Assembly: GCA_964501075.1 (NCBI GenBank)
Contig: CAZCRE010000001.1
Coordinates: forward strand, 10,778 to 74,777
Reading direction: 5' to 3'
Origin: an uncultured Candidatus Bathyarchaeia archaeon
Lineage (GTDB): Archaea; Thermoproteota; Bathyarchaeia; Bathyarchaeales; Bathycorpusculaceae
DNA: 64,000 bases
Under the pieces are notes generated by a model. It had not been told where the DNA came from. It saw only the letters and a list, made by a program, of their open reading frames with translations, and searched no databases. The translations under genes were made by a program, and so were the position numbers. Of this stretch, positions 30,440 through 39,987 are shown piece by piece; the stretch's first letter is position 1; every line of letters starts with the position of its first letter.

Positions 30440-31285
30440 TCACCTCATGCCCTTGAAAAGAAGCCTGCTCCTCAAGCGATCATAGAAGTTATCTGTGAAC
30501 CTTATGAATCTGGTCTCGTTCTTTGAACGTGTGACCGTTACTGTTGGAAGTTTTGAGCTTATGAGCCTATTGAATTGTCCATCGATCAAGACCAGCATTT
30601 TGTTTGGTCTGAGGACTTCGACTGTGAGGCTTGAGTTTCCCGGAAAGATCACCGATCGAAAATCAGTTAATGGGCATATCGGGGTTAGAACGAAAGCGTC
30701 TACGCTAGGGTCTAAGACGGGTCCCCCTGCTGATAGCGAGTAGCCCGTGGATCCTGTTTGTGTGGATATGAGTAGCGAGTCTGCTTGGCAAGTTAGAATT
30801 GGTTTGTTGTCTTTTAGAATTCGTGTATAGAGCAACTTGGCTGGTTCATCATGTGTAATCAGAACTTCGTTCAAGGCGTCAGGAAACTTTGATCCATCTG
30901 CCCTTGTGGCTAGCTTCATACATTTCTCAATTCCGTAATCGCCGTTGAGCCATTTGTCTACTGCGGTGAAGGCCAGTTTTGGTTCGACTTCGGTGAGGAA
31001 ACCTCTTATCCCCATGTTTATGGCAAGTATCGGCGGCTCCGGCTTTGGGATTGAAACACACGTTCTCAGGATTGTTCCGTCTCCACCAATCGTTATTATC
31101 AAGTCAGTTTTCATTCGTTCCAGAGGGATCATTTCGCCCGTTTGCACCATTTTGGCTAACGTATTCTCCACGTACACCTCCAAACCTTTGCCTTGCAGAT
31201 GTTGCGCAAGTTCCTCTGCAAGTTTTATGGCTCTTTTCCTATCATAACGAGCGGCGATGCCCACGGTCTTGAACAAAATCTTCAC
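30440..31285 (-). CDS. nadK: NAD kinase
   Basis: GGDGTILR motif and STQTGSTGYSLSAGGP; 281 aa. Confidence 0.88.
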   Translation of the reverse strand: MKILFKTVGIAARYDRKRAIKLAEELAQHLQGKGLEVYVENTLAKMVQTGEMIPLERMKTDLIITIGGDGTILRTCVSIPKPEPPILAINMGIRGFLTEVEPKLAFTAVDKWLNGDYGIEKCMKLATRADGSKFPDALNEVLITHDEPAKLLYTRILKDNKPILTCQADSLLISTQTGSTGYSLSAGGPVLDPSVDAFVLTPICPLTDFRSVIFPGNSSLTVEVLRPNKMLVLIDGQFNRLISSKLPTVTVTRSKNETRFIRFTDNFYDRLRSRLLFKGMR

Positions 31286-31374
31286 CGTTCACGGTATTAG
31301 CGGCACCTTAATCTATATATGGCTGTTGTTTGAATTGGGCTATAGATAGGCACTTGCAAAAAGCTGGTGAGTGA

Positions 31375-31767
31375 ATGAGCAAACCTGTTGATGTTGGGGA
31401 ACTACGTGTTGGCGGATACATGATGATTGAAGGTGAACCATGCCATATAGTTGACATTACAAAGTCGAAACCAGGCAAACATGGGTCGGCCAAAGCAAGG
31501 ATCGTGGGTGTAGGTGTTTTTGACGGCGTGAAGCGACAGTTCGTGAGGCCTGTGTCATCTAACGCCGAAGTGCCCATAATTGACAAAAGAACCGGCCAAG
31601 TTTTCGCAGTTACTCCCAATGGGATTCAGATAATGGACCTCGAAACCTACGAGTACTCGGATGCTCCTTATCCCGAAGATGCAGAGCTTAAAGCGAAACT
31701 CGTGGCCGGCGTTGAGATCGAGTATTGGAATATAATGGGCAAGATGAAGATCGTTAGAGCCAAGTAG
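31375..31767 (+). CDS. eif5a: translation initiation factor 5A (aIF5A)
   Basis: Hypusine loop TKSKPGKHGSAKARIVG; 130 aa. Confidence 0.92.
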   Translation: MSKPVDVGELRVGGYMMIEGEPCHIVDITKSKPGKHGSAKARIVGVGVFDGVKRQFVRPVSSNAEVPIIDKRTGQVFAVTPNGIQIMDLETYEYSDAPYPEDAELKAKLVAGVEIEYWNIMGKMKIVRAK

Positions 31768-31882
31768 ACTGAGAAGCAGTTAAACTGTTTTCATTAAGCA
31801 TTTCTCGTTACTATTAGAGGCCATACCATTGGCCACGGTCATTATCAAAGGTTTATTTCAGTGTCCGCCCTTATGGTGTTTT

Positions 31883-31945
31883 GAAGCCAATGATGCAAGA
31901 AGAGCCGTCTGACTAGTGAAGAATATGTTATGGGGCTGAGGCTTC
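31883..31945 (+). ncRNA. C/D-box sRNA (2'-O-methylation guide)
   Basis: Terminal stem GAAGCC/GGCTTC. C box aATGATGC (31890-31896), a 12-nt guide, D' CTGA (31909-31912), C' GTGAAGA/TGAAGA (about 31916-31922), a 13-nt guide, D CTGA (31936-31939). T/A-rich tttattt lies about 27 nt upstream. Confidence 0.65.
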
Positions 31946-32022
31946 AGCATGGTAACTATGGTAACAGCGCTTGTTCAATGCTAAGGCAATGTGACTTGAG
32001 TTTATTTTACATCGATTGTCTG

Positions 32023-32460
32023 CTATTTTGTGCTCAATCTTCGTTTACGCGGTAGGTGAACTTCCAATATTCCCTTCTTGAATTTTATTTTCATTTTGCT
32101 CATTCGCACGGGCACGGGCACTCGTGAATGGCAATGTAGCTTCTGAAATTCGCCTTCACAATGAGTTATGCCCAGTTCTGAAAACCGAACTTTCCTCTTC
32201 ATCTCAGCCGATATCTCGAGTGTGTTTTCATCCAAGGGTTTAACCTGAACTTTGTTTTCAAAAGTCAAAGGCAAATCAACTGTCACTACGACTTCAGTGG
32301 GTGTTATTTTCATGTCGTGAAGCGGCTCAATTGTGCGATTCCTCTGGTTCCAGCTCGGTCTATCCACCTGCCTCCTTCCCCAATGTTCGAACTCGTGCTC
32401 CAACTCCTCAAAATATCTGTCCACAATCTCAGAGATTGCATGCTTTCTTTCAATCGACAA
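32023..32460 (-). CDS. Hsp20/alpha-crystallin family small heat-shock protein
   Basis: VVVTVDLPL...LEISAE...GILEVHLPRK matches the alpha-crystallin beta-sandwich pattern. Confidence 0.65.
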   Translation of the reverse strand: MSIERKHAISEIVDRYFEELEHEFEHWGRRQVDRPSWNQRNRTIEPLHDMKITPTEVVVTVDLPLTFENKVQVKPLDENTLEISAEMKRKVRFSELGITHCEGEFQKLHCHSRVPVPVRMSKMKIKFKKGILEVHLPRKRRLSTK

Positions 32461-32474
32461 GACGATTCTCCTCC

Positions 32475-33218
32475 TTAGGAAACGTAAACAGGGATATCAT
32501 ATTCCTGTCCTTTTTTCATTTTGACCATTTCTTCCCGCGTACGTTTCATCACATCTCTGGCTTTCAGTCTGATCTCTTCGCCTTTCTCCAAGAGTTTCGC
32601 GACATCAACCTTTATCCCAGTAACCTTCGCTAAACTTTTCAATATCTCTGCCGCGGCTTCTGGATCCGGATAATTAAGAAAACATTGTGCGAGCAAAGTT
32701 ACTGCTGGTAAACCTATTTGCGAACAGCGCATCAGCATAATCGCTTGCGGACCAACCATGTAACCCTCCATAAGACCTTCGACACCCTTGTCTTGAACCA
32801 TCTTAAGCATCTCAGGACTTGACCCAGCTGCGAATACTTTCAACTCTTTTGCGTCCTGCCTGTCCTCGATGGGAATACCGCTCAACGAGATCATCATCCT
32901 AGCTTTCTTACTCTGTCCCCATTCAATCAAGCCGTCCATAACCTGGTAGATTATGTCAGCAGAAATCGGGGTTTCTGAAGCAGCTAGAAGAATTTTGTCG
33001 TTTCCAAAGATCCTTATTGGAGAGTGCGGTACTCCCTCATGTAAAACGACAATTGGTGGCAGCAACCGTGAATCCAAATAAGCCACTTCTTCCAAGCCTA
33101 ACTCGTCAATCAAATGAGATGCAGCGATTACCCCAACCAAACCAGCGTCCGGGAAACCGAAAAGCATCAGTGCACCAGATGGGATTTGTTTCTTCTCCAC
33201 GATTCTAGTCTCGCTCAA
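32475..33218 (-). CDS. PAC2-family proteasome assembly chaperone
   Basis: LMLFGFPDAGLVGVIAASHLIDELGLEEVAYLDS..LPP is typical of archaeal PAC2/COG1938 proteins. Confidence 0.7.
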   Translation of the reverse strand: MSETRIVEKKQIPSGALMLFGFPDAGLVGVIAASHLIDELGLEEVAYLDSRLLPPIVVLHEGVPHSPIRIFGNDKILLAASETPISADIIYQVMDGLIEWGQSKKARMMISLSGIPIEDRQDAKELKVFAAGSSPEMLKMVQDKGVEGLMEGYMVGPQAIMLMRCSQIGLPAVTLLAQCFLNYPDPEAAAEILKSLAKVTGIKVDVAKLLEKGEEIRLKARDVMKRTREEMVKMKKGQEYDIPVYVS

Positions 33219-33331
33219 ATCTAGCCCTCAAATACTTACAGTCTTGTATCGTGTAAAAACTTTATGCATGGCAACAGGAAAACAGCGAATACTTATTTAA
33301 AGCCGTACGAACTCTAGAACAAGAGAAAATT

Positions 33332-34666
33332 ATGGCCTTAGAACGCTTGGGTTCATCTCTTTACGAAGCAATAAAAAAAGTCTTCAAAGCCTCGGTTGTA
33401 GATGAGGCCACAGTCAAGGAACTCGTTCAAGACATACAGAGAGCTCTGCTCCAAGCAGACGTGAACGTTAAGCTTGTTCTCGAAATCTCAAAAAGGATAG
33501 AGGAAAGGGCACTGAACGAAAAGGTTCCCCCAGGGGTTTCCAGACGTGAACACATAATAAAAGTGGTCTACGAGGAACTAACTCGCTTTCTGGGCGAAAA
33601 ACCTGTTCCTGTCAAGATAGAACCAGGCAAAAGGAAGACAATTATGCTAGTAGGTATCCAAGGCTCAGGGAAAACAACGAACGGTGCAAAACTTGCCCGA
33701 TACTTTCAAAAAAGAGGGATGAAACCTGCATTGATCTGTGCTGACACGTTTCGACCGGGAGCCTACGCACAACTTCAACAGTTAGCTAATAGAATAAACG
33801 TGCCACTTTATGGTGATCCGAAAGCCAAAGATTCTCTCAAAGTAGTTAATGAAGGATTGAAACAGTTTACTGACAAAGATATTGTTATCATTGATACTTC
33901 GGGCCGTCACAAAGAGGAGCAAGAACTGATCAAAGAAATGAAGGCACTCGAAAAAAACATAAAACCTGATGAGGTCATACTCGTGATAGACGGCACAATC
34001 GGGCAACAAGCCCTAGTTCAAGCAAAAGCCTTCAACGAAGCCACACCAATAGGTTCAATCCTTGTGACAAAACTGGATGGTTCAGCACGCGGCGGCGGAG
34101 CATTATCAGCGGTTGCGGCCACAGGGGCTCCCATAAAGTTCATCGGGACAGGCGAAAAAGTGGAAGACATTGAACCATTTGTCCCGTCAAGGTTTGTGGG
34201 AAGACTTCTAGGCATGGGTGATCTCGAGACTCTTCTTGACAAGGTGCGAGAAGCCGAAGTCAAAGTTCCAGAGAAGAAAGCCAAGGCGATACTAAGCGGA
34301 AAATTCACTTTGACCGACATGTACGAACAGTTCGAAGCCGTAAAAGGAATGGGCACGTTTCGCAAACTCTTGAAGATGCTTCCAGGCATGTCTTACAACA
34401 TACCTGAAGAGATGCTTAACACGGCTGAAGATCGGCTTGAAAAATGGCGCGTGATGATCCAGTCAATGACTCAGCAAGAGAAGGATAATCCCAAGATATT
34501 CAATTCTTCAAGGATGAAGAGAGTAGCAAGAGGTTCAGGAACCAGTGAAAAAGAAGTGAAAGAGCTTCTAAAACAGTATGTGATGATGCGTCGGATGCTC
34601 AAAACCTTTCGAAGAAAGAAGAAACTGCCTTTCTTCGGAAAAGGCATGCCTGTCGACCTAGGATGA
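33332..34666 (+). CDS. srp54: signal recognition particle protein SRP54
   Basis: GTPase motifs GIQGSGKTT, DTSGRH and TKLDG, plus a Met-rich M domain. Confidence 0.93.
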   Translation: MALERLGSSLYEAIKKVFKASVVDEATVKELVQDIQRALLQADVNVKLVLEISKRIEERALNEKVPPGVSRREHIIKVVYEELTRFLGEKPVPVKIEPGKRKTIMLVGIQGSGKTTNGAKLARYFQKRGMKPALICADTFRPGAYAQLQQLANRINVPLYGDPKAKDSLKVVNEGLKQFTDKDIVIIDTSGRHKEEQELIKEMKALEKNIKPDEVILVIDGTIGQQALVQAKAFNEATPIGSILVTKLDGSARGGGALSAVAATGAPIKFIGTGEKVEDIEPFVPSRFVGRLLGMGDLETLLDKVREAEVKVPEKKAKAILSGKFTLTDMYEQFEAVKGMGTFRKLLKMLPGMSYNIPEEMLNTAEDRLEKWRVMIQSMTQQEKDNPKIFNSSRMKRVARGSGTSEKEVKELLKQYVMMRRMLKTFRRKKKLPFFGKGMPVDLG

Positions 34667-34694
34667 GTCAAGTTCAAATCAAGGGGAAACATGC

Positions 34695-36026
34695 TTGGAT
34701 ATTCTGCAAGAAGCATTGACGATGCTTGAACGGCACTCACTGTGTGACCATTGTCTAGGAAGGCAATTTGCCCTGCTTGGTCACGGAATTGAGAATGACA
34801 CTAGAGGAAATGCCATAAAAATGGTTCTGACGCTAAGAGCTCACGCCGCACTCTCAAAAGATACCGAAGCAGTTAGAACTCTCAAAGTCTTGGCGACCAA
34901 CGGGTTCTCGGAAATAGCACGAGAATTACTGAGAAAAGCCAAGAAACGTGTTCGAGTAGATTTCACTCAGAGGATATGCTTCCTTTGCGAAGGTAAACTT
35001 GAAGCCACTGAGAGCTTCGCCCAGAAAGCCGTCAACAGTCTCGCTCCATATGAGTATCACAATTTCTTAGTCGGGACGGAACTGCCCAAGAAAGTTGAGG
35101 AGCGTGAAGACGAGTTCAAATCAGAGTTCGGAGTAGCCTACGGCGAAAACATGCGCAATGAATTTGGACGATTGATAGGGAAAAAGGTCGCCGAATTGAT
35201 TGGAAAGCCTGTTGACTTTCTAAGACCTGAAATAGTTGTGCTCGTAAACCCATACGCTGACATAGTAAGCCTTCAAATCAATCCACTGTTTATTGCTGGA
35301 AGATACAAGAAGCTGGTCAGGGGCATTCCACAGTCAAAGTGGTTCTGTTCCAATTGCCGCGGAAGAGGCTGTGAGAAATGTAACTGGACTGGAAAAATGT
35401 ATCCGGAATCGGTGGAGGAAATCATCGCAAAGCCCTTCCTAGAAGTCACATACGGTATGAAATCATCGTTTCACGCCTCTGGAAGAGAGGACATTGATGC
35501 TCGAATGCTCGGCACGGGCAGACCCTTTGTACTTGAAATCACCAAACCCCAAAAAAGGTTTGTAGATCTTGAAAAACTTGAAAGGGCTACCAACAATTTT
35601 GGTAAGGGAAAGGTCCAAATTTCAAGCTTGCATTTTGCAGACAAAGACGTCGTAAGACGACTGAAAAAAGGAGAAGCTACCCAGAAAGAATATCGTGTGC
35701 TGATAGAGTTTGAAAACACGATTAAAGATAAGGACATGCGGTTACTTGAGAAGAAGCTAAAGAATACGTTGATCGCTCAGAAAACGCCCGTTCGTGTGGT
35801 TCACAGACGTGCGGACTTGACGCGAGAAAAGTACATATACGACGTGAATGTAAAGAAATTGTCACCTAGAGAAGCTGAGATGAAAATACGTTGCCAAGGA
35901 GGACTTTATGTTAAGGAGTTGGTTACGGGAGATGGCGGAAGAACGACACCCAGCATCTCAGAGATTCTCAAAAACAAAGCGAAGCCTATGAAGCTTGATG
36001 TTTTGAGAGTTATTATGGAAGACTAA
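34695..36026 (+). CDS. pus10: tRNA pseudouridine(54/55) synthase Pus10
   Basis: An N-terminal Zn module (CDHCLGRQF, CFLCEG), a second Cys cluster (CSNCRGRGCEKC) and the catalytic SGREDIDARMLGTGRPF. TTG start; an alternative ATG lies at 34722. Confidence 0.85.
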   Translation: MDILQEALTMLERHSLCDHCLGRQFALLGHGIENDTRGNAIKMVLTLRAHAALSKDTEAVRTLKVLATNGFSEIARELLRKAKKRVRVDFTQRICFLCEGKLEATESFAQKAVNSLAPYEYHNFLVGTELPKKVEEREDEFKSEFGVAYGENMRNEFGRLIGKKVAELIGKPVDFLRPEIVVLVNPYADIVSLQINPLFIAGRYKKLVRGIPQSKWFCSNCRGRGCEKCNWTGKMYPESVEEIIAKPFLEVTYGMKSSFHASGREDIDARMLGTGRPFVLEITKPQKRFVDLEKLERATNNFGKGKVQISSLHFADKDVVRRLKKGEATQKEYRVLIEFENTIKDKDMRLLEKKLKNTLIAQKTPVRVVHRRADLTREKYIYDVNVKKLSPREAEMKIRCQGGLYVKELVTGDGGRTTPSISEILKNKAKPMKLDVLRVIMED

Positions 36027-36038
36027 AGAGGTGGAAAA

Positions 36039-36335
36039 ATGAAAGGATCAAAAGGTTATCGATCAGGCACACGGCACTTGCTAAAAAAGGGACCGAGAAC
36101 GCATGGAAAACTCAGTCTGAGCAAACTGCTACAGGAATACCAGCCTGGAAACCATGTAATTGTGAGGATAGACTCAAGCATCCAAAAAGGAATGCCACAT
36201 AGACGCTTTCACGGCAAGACCGGCACAATAATCCAAAAACGTGGACGAAGCTACGTCGTAAGTGTGCCTCAAGGAGATGCAGTCAAGGAAATCGTTGTCA
36301 GGCCTGAACATTTGGAACCAGTCAGAAGTGATTAG
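36039..36335 (+). CDS. rpl21e: 50S ribosomal protein L21e
   Basis: MKGSKGYRSGTRHLL...GMPHRRFHGKTG. Confidence 0.92.
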   Translation: MKGSKGYRSGTRHLLKKGPRTHGKLSLSKLLQEYQPGNHVIVRIDSSIQKGMPHRRFHGKTGTIIQKRGRSYVVSVPQGDAVKEIVVRPEHLEPVRSD

Positions 36336-36336
36336 A

Positions 36337-36675
36337 ATGTCAAAAGAAACTGCAACAGAAAGGAAACTTACGCTTCCAAATGTAAAAAAGACACTTGATT
36401 CTATAGGCGAAGAAAATCTTGATCAGTTGCAGCGCCGCACATTAGACTATGTAGCCAAATTTGCCAAAGTCGACGCTGATGCAGCTGACAAAATCGTGGT
36501 GAAACTTGTAAATGAATTTGGGCTAGACGAAAACGAAGCTGTCCAAGTCGTCAACTGTATGCCAAGAACTGTTGATGAGTTGCGTGTTTTCCTTGCTGGT
36601 GGCCGCAAAATTATTGATGTGTCAACATTGAAAGCAATCATAGGCCTTTTGGATGAACATAGAAAACTGAAGTAG
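36337..36675 (+). CDS. rpoF: DNA-directed RNA polymerase subunit F (Rpo4)
   Basis: Starts at the ATG at 36337, right after the L21e stop. It sits in the conserved L21e-RpoF-DUF655-KsgA neighbourhood; the C-terminal helical HRDC-like region is present. Confidence 0.8.
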   Translation: MSKETATERKLTLPNVKKTLDSIGEENLDQLQRRTLDYVAKFAKVDADAADKIVVKLVNEFGLDENEAVQVVNCMPRTVDELRVFLAGGRKIIDVSTLKAIIGLLDEHRKLK

Positions 36676-36727
36676 CCCTTCCCAGACTTAACAACTATTT
36701 TTTAAGCAATAAGAACGTAAGATAAGG

Positions 36728-37309
36728 GTGAACATGACTATGATGGAGAAGCGTTACGAAGAGTACGCTTACATTCTAGATTTCCTACCACATGGCCGAC
36801 CGGGACTTCGCCCTCAGGGAAAGGCGGGATACAGAGCTGGGGCTCTGGTTCAGTTGGTAGGGGAAGAATTCTTCACACTTCTCGAAGCACTAGTCAAAGA
36901 CGGCGTAACGCTCAAACCTCATGACCGCGTCTACGTGGGAAAAGAATCACGTGAAGAAATCACCTACATAATCGGACGAATAGGATATGAGGAGCTAACT
37001 GCCGCAGCCAAGATGGAGCTTCCAACAGTGATCAATAGAATTGTGCTAAGTCGTGAAAGATGGTTCGTGGACTTTTTCAACAATTCAAGAGCCGTGACGC
37101 CGCGAATGCATGCACTAGAGCTGATTCCTGGCATTGGAAAAAAGTACATGTGGCAGGTCATAAATGAACGTGAAAGAAAACCATTCGAGAATTATGGCGA
37201 TCTGCAAAAGCGCACTGAACTGCCTAGCCCGGTCAAACTAATAACCAAAAGAGTCTTGGAGGAACTGGCTGGCGACAGCAAGTATCGGCTATTTACGAGA
37301 GTTCAATAG
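36728..37309 (+). CDS. DUF655 family RNA-binding protein
   Basis: YAYILDFLPHGRP N-terminus (OB fold) and a C-terminal helix-hairpin-helix; conserved position upstream of ksgA. Confidence 0.75.
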   Translation: MNMTMMEKRYEEYAYILDFLPHGRPGLRPQGKAGYRAGALVQLVGEEFFTLLEALVKDGVTLKPHDRVYVGKESREEITYIIGRIGYEELTAAAKMELPTVINRIVLSRERWFVDFFNNSRAVTPRMHALELIPGIGKKYMWQVINERERKPFENYGDLQKRTELPSPVKLITKRVLEELAGDSKYRLFTRVQ

Positions 37310-37310
37310 C

Positions 37311-38153
37311 GTGACCGATATTTCACGAAGTGACTTGAGCCTTCTGGCAAAAACGAAGTTTCTGCTTCGAGCAAATCGGATTCTTCCGAACAGGCTTCTA
37401 GGACAGAACTTCATGATCGAACCTTCAATATTCCAAACAATGAGCGACTATGCTTCGTTAGACAAGAAAGATGTCGTTGTCGACATTGGCGCAGGCTTGG
37501 GTTTTCTGACGCGTTCCCTTGCGAGTAAATGTAGAAGCGTCGTGGCTGTAGAGATAGATGATAAGCTAGTGAAGATCTTGCACGAAGAGCTTAGAGGCAC
37601 GTCTAATGTCAGAATAGTTCATGGCAATGTGCTCAAAATACAAGTTCCGAAGTTCAACAAGGTCGTTTCCGTTCCACCTTATGGGGTCTCTTCGCAATTA
37701 CTCTTATGGCTTTTAAGCAAGGATTTTGATAGTGCGGTGCTAGTTTTTCAAAAAGAGTTTGCAGATCGCCTTGTAGCTTCTGTTGGAAGCGAGAATTATG
37801 GATGGTTGACGGTTCTTGTCTACTATTATTCAAGGTGTGAACTTCTGGATGACATTCCAAAAGCGAAGTTTTATCCCCAGCCAAAAGTGGATTCTATCAT
37901 AATTCGCCTAAGTCCAAAACAGCCGCCACCGTTCTCATTGAAAAATACCTCATTGTTTACCAAGCTTACTCAATCAGTCTTCACTCAACGTAATAGAAAG
38001 ATCAGAAACGCTATCTTACCATTCCTCAAAGGAATACTTGCTAAGAACTCTGAGGAAGCCATGGCTTGTGTTGCGAGAATCCCTTTCAGCGACAAGCGAG
38101 TGAGAGAGTTGCAGCCTGAGGACTTCGGAGCCTTGGCAAATGTCCTCACATAG
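37311..38153 (+). CDS. ksgA: 16S rRNA (adenine-N6,N6)-dimethyltransferase KsgA/Dim1
   Basis: LGQNFM, VVDIGAGLGFLT (SAM motif I) and VSVPPY (motif IV). Confidence 0.9.
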   Translation: MTDISRSDLSLLAKTKFLLRANRILPNRLLGQNFMIEPSIFQTMSDYASLDKKDVVVDIGAGLGFLTRSLASKCRSVVAVEIDDKLVKILHEELRGTSNVRIVHGNVLKIQVPKFNKVVSVPPYGVSSQLLLWLLSKDFDSAVLVFQKEFADRLVASVGSENYGWLTVLVYYYSRCELLDDIPKAKFYPQPKVDSIIIRLSPKQPPPFSLKNTSLFTKLTQSVFTQRNRKIRNAILPFLKGILAKNSEEAMACVARIPFSDKRVRELQPEDFGALANVLT

Positions 38154-38763
38154 TAAGAAAATCTTCTTTGCCGATTACGTGTTTGATGTTGGAACGAAAG
38201 TCTATGAACCTGCAGAGGATTCGTTCTTCTTTGCTGAAAACATGAGGGTCAAACGCGATGAATATGTCCTTGATATGGGCACAGGGTGCGGCATTCTGAG
38301 CATTGTCGCTGCAGAGAAAGCGTCGAGAGTTGTCGCCATTGACATAAATCCATATGCTATCCGTTACGCAAAAGAGAATGCGGAAGTCAACTGTGTTAGA
38401 GACAAGTTGTCTTTTATACAGGGAGATCTTTTCACACCGTTAAGATCAGGGGAGCATTTTGACTTGATTATTTTCAATGCTCCTTACTTGCCGGAAGAGC
38501 CGTTTGAGAATAGCTCTTGGCTTGAACGCGCTTGGAACGGCGGGAAGACTGGAAGACAAGTTATCGATCGCTTCGTTCTTAATACATCTGAACATTTGAA
38601 AGAAGCTGGGCGAGTTCTCTTAATGCTATCAACTGTCACTGGCATCAATGCGACATTGCTGAAGTTCAGAGAGGGTGGGTTTAACGCAAAAGTTGCTGCC
38701 AAACTTGAATTGCCCTTTTTTGAAACTCTAGCGCTGTTGGAAGCAAAGCATTGCCGATCTTGA
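38140..38763 (+). CDS. HemK/Mtq2-like N5-glutamine methyltransferase
   Basis: VLDMGTGCGILS SAM motif and an FNAPYLP (NPPY-type) motif; 207 aa. Confidence 0.7.
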   Translation: MSSHSKKIFFADYVFDVGTKVYEPAEDSFFFAENMRVKRDEYVLDMGTGCGILSIVAAEKASRVVAIDINPYAIRYAKENAEVNCVRDKLSFIQGDLFTPLRSGEHFDLIIFNAPYLPEEPFENSSWLERAWNGGKTGRQVIDRFVLNTSEHLKEAGRVLLMLSTVTGINATLLKFREGGFNAKVAAKLELPFFETLALLEAKHCRS

Positions 38764-38774
38764 GTCCCATGTCG

Positions 38775-39371
38775 TCAAAGAACTTTTCGCAGTCTTATTT
38801 CATCTCTTATAGGTAATCCACTTATGCCACTCAAGATCTTACCATGCTTTTCTGCTATGACGTTTGGTTTCACTTCATAAATCTGGAACCCGGTCGCTTG
38901 ATAAAACGCTAGCGCTGGTAAGTCATCATTTGAGGTTGAAACCCGCAGTGTCTTCTTGCCCGTTTTTTTAGCTTCTGCTTCAACTTTTCGGATTAGACTT
39001 TTTCCAATTCCGGAGCCTTGATATTTAGGTTTCACTACCATTGCTACAATAATTAGAGCATCCTTGTCTTCTGCGAAAGATATGAATCCAACAATTCCGT
39101 CATCTACTTTTGCGATATGTGCCGGTAGTTCAGCAACATCAAATGTTCTGTCAAATGTCAATTGCTCAGTCTCTCCCCAGAACTGCTTGGCTGATCTCCG
39201 AATAATGGTTTTTTCAGTTTCCGATTTCGCCCTACAGATAGTGTAATCTATCTTCCTTTTCGCAATGCATGATGGACAATTAGTCCGCAATCGCGTATGT
39301 TCGCTGCATACTGTTCTTCCGCAAACACTGCATTTGTAGACTCCTTGTTTCTTGCAAAGCTTACAGCGCAT
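38775..39371 (-). CDS. zinc-finger (HIT/MYND-like cross-brace) fused to a GNAT acetyltransferase
   Basis: N-terminus CKLC-x7-CSVC-x4-C-x2-H-x6-CPSC. The GNAT core is VVKPKYQGSGIGKSLI. Confidence 0.65.
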   Translation of the reverse strand: MRCKLCKKQGVYKCSVCGRTVCSEHTRLRTNCPSCIAKRKIDYTICRAKSETEKTIIRRSAKQFWGETEQLTFDRTFDVAELPAHIAKVDDGIVGFISFAEDKDALIIVAMVVKPKYQGSGIGKSLIRKVEAEAKKTGKKTLRVSTSNDDLPALAFYQATGFQIYEVKPNVIAEKHGKILSGISGLPIRDEIRLRKVL

Positions 39372-39460
39372 GATGCTTCCCTTCTTTCCATTGTTCTTTC
39401 TGAAAAAGTATATAACGTGAAAGGTTCAGTAATGCTAGAAAAGCGATAGGGGTCTCAACT

Positions 39461-39982
39461 ATGTGTGTCTTGGGCAAGGACAAACTCAAACAATTAATTG
39501 AAAACTACAAATCAATATATCCGTACGACTACAACTTGCTGGACGGAGACGGCTACATTCTAACGGTCAAAGAAGAAACAACACTGCATTATCTTGAGCA
39601 TAAAAACCTAATAACTCACGAGATTGTTTTCATCCCGCCCGACATGGTCGCACATTTAACTGCCAAAAGTAAGTACGGGCGAATGGGGCTATCTTTCTTG
39701 AACGCGGCCAAAGTCCACAGCGGATTTACTGGCAGACTTGCCCTTGAACTTGTAAACTTGAGTAATGACCGTTGCCCGATCACAATCAAGCATGGAGACC
39801 CGTTCATGCATATCGAGTTTGTGACAAGAGAAGGCGGACCGTCCCCTTACAGTGGAGAGTACCAGTTCCAATACTTGACGGATGAAGAACTGCAAATGTA
39901 CATTCCAATCATGAAGAAAGTCTTCTCGAACTACGATGAACTGGCAAAGACATGGTTTAGAAATAAAAGACTGCAACCGTGA
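39461..39982 (+). CDS. dcd: dCTP deaminase/dUTPase-fold protein
   Basis: SKYGRMGLSFLNAAKVHSGFTGRLALELVNLS...PITIKHGDPFMHIEF matches the dCTP deaminase family pattern. Confidence 0.7.
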   Translation: MCVLGKDKLKQLIENYKSIYPYDYNLLDGDGYILTVKEETTLHYLEHKNLITHEIVFIPPDMVAHLTAKSKYGRMGLSFLNAAKVHSGFTGRLALELVNLSNDRCPITIKHGDPFMHIEFVTREGGPSPYSGEYQFQYLTDEELQMYIPIMKKVFSNYDELAKTWFRNKRLQP

Positions 39983-39987
39983 ATAGC

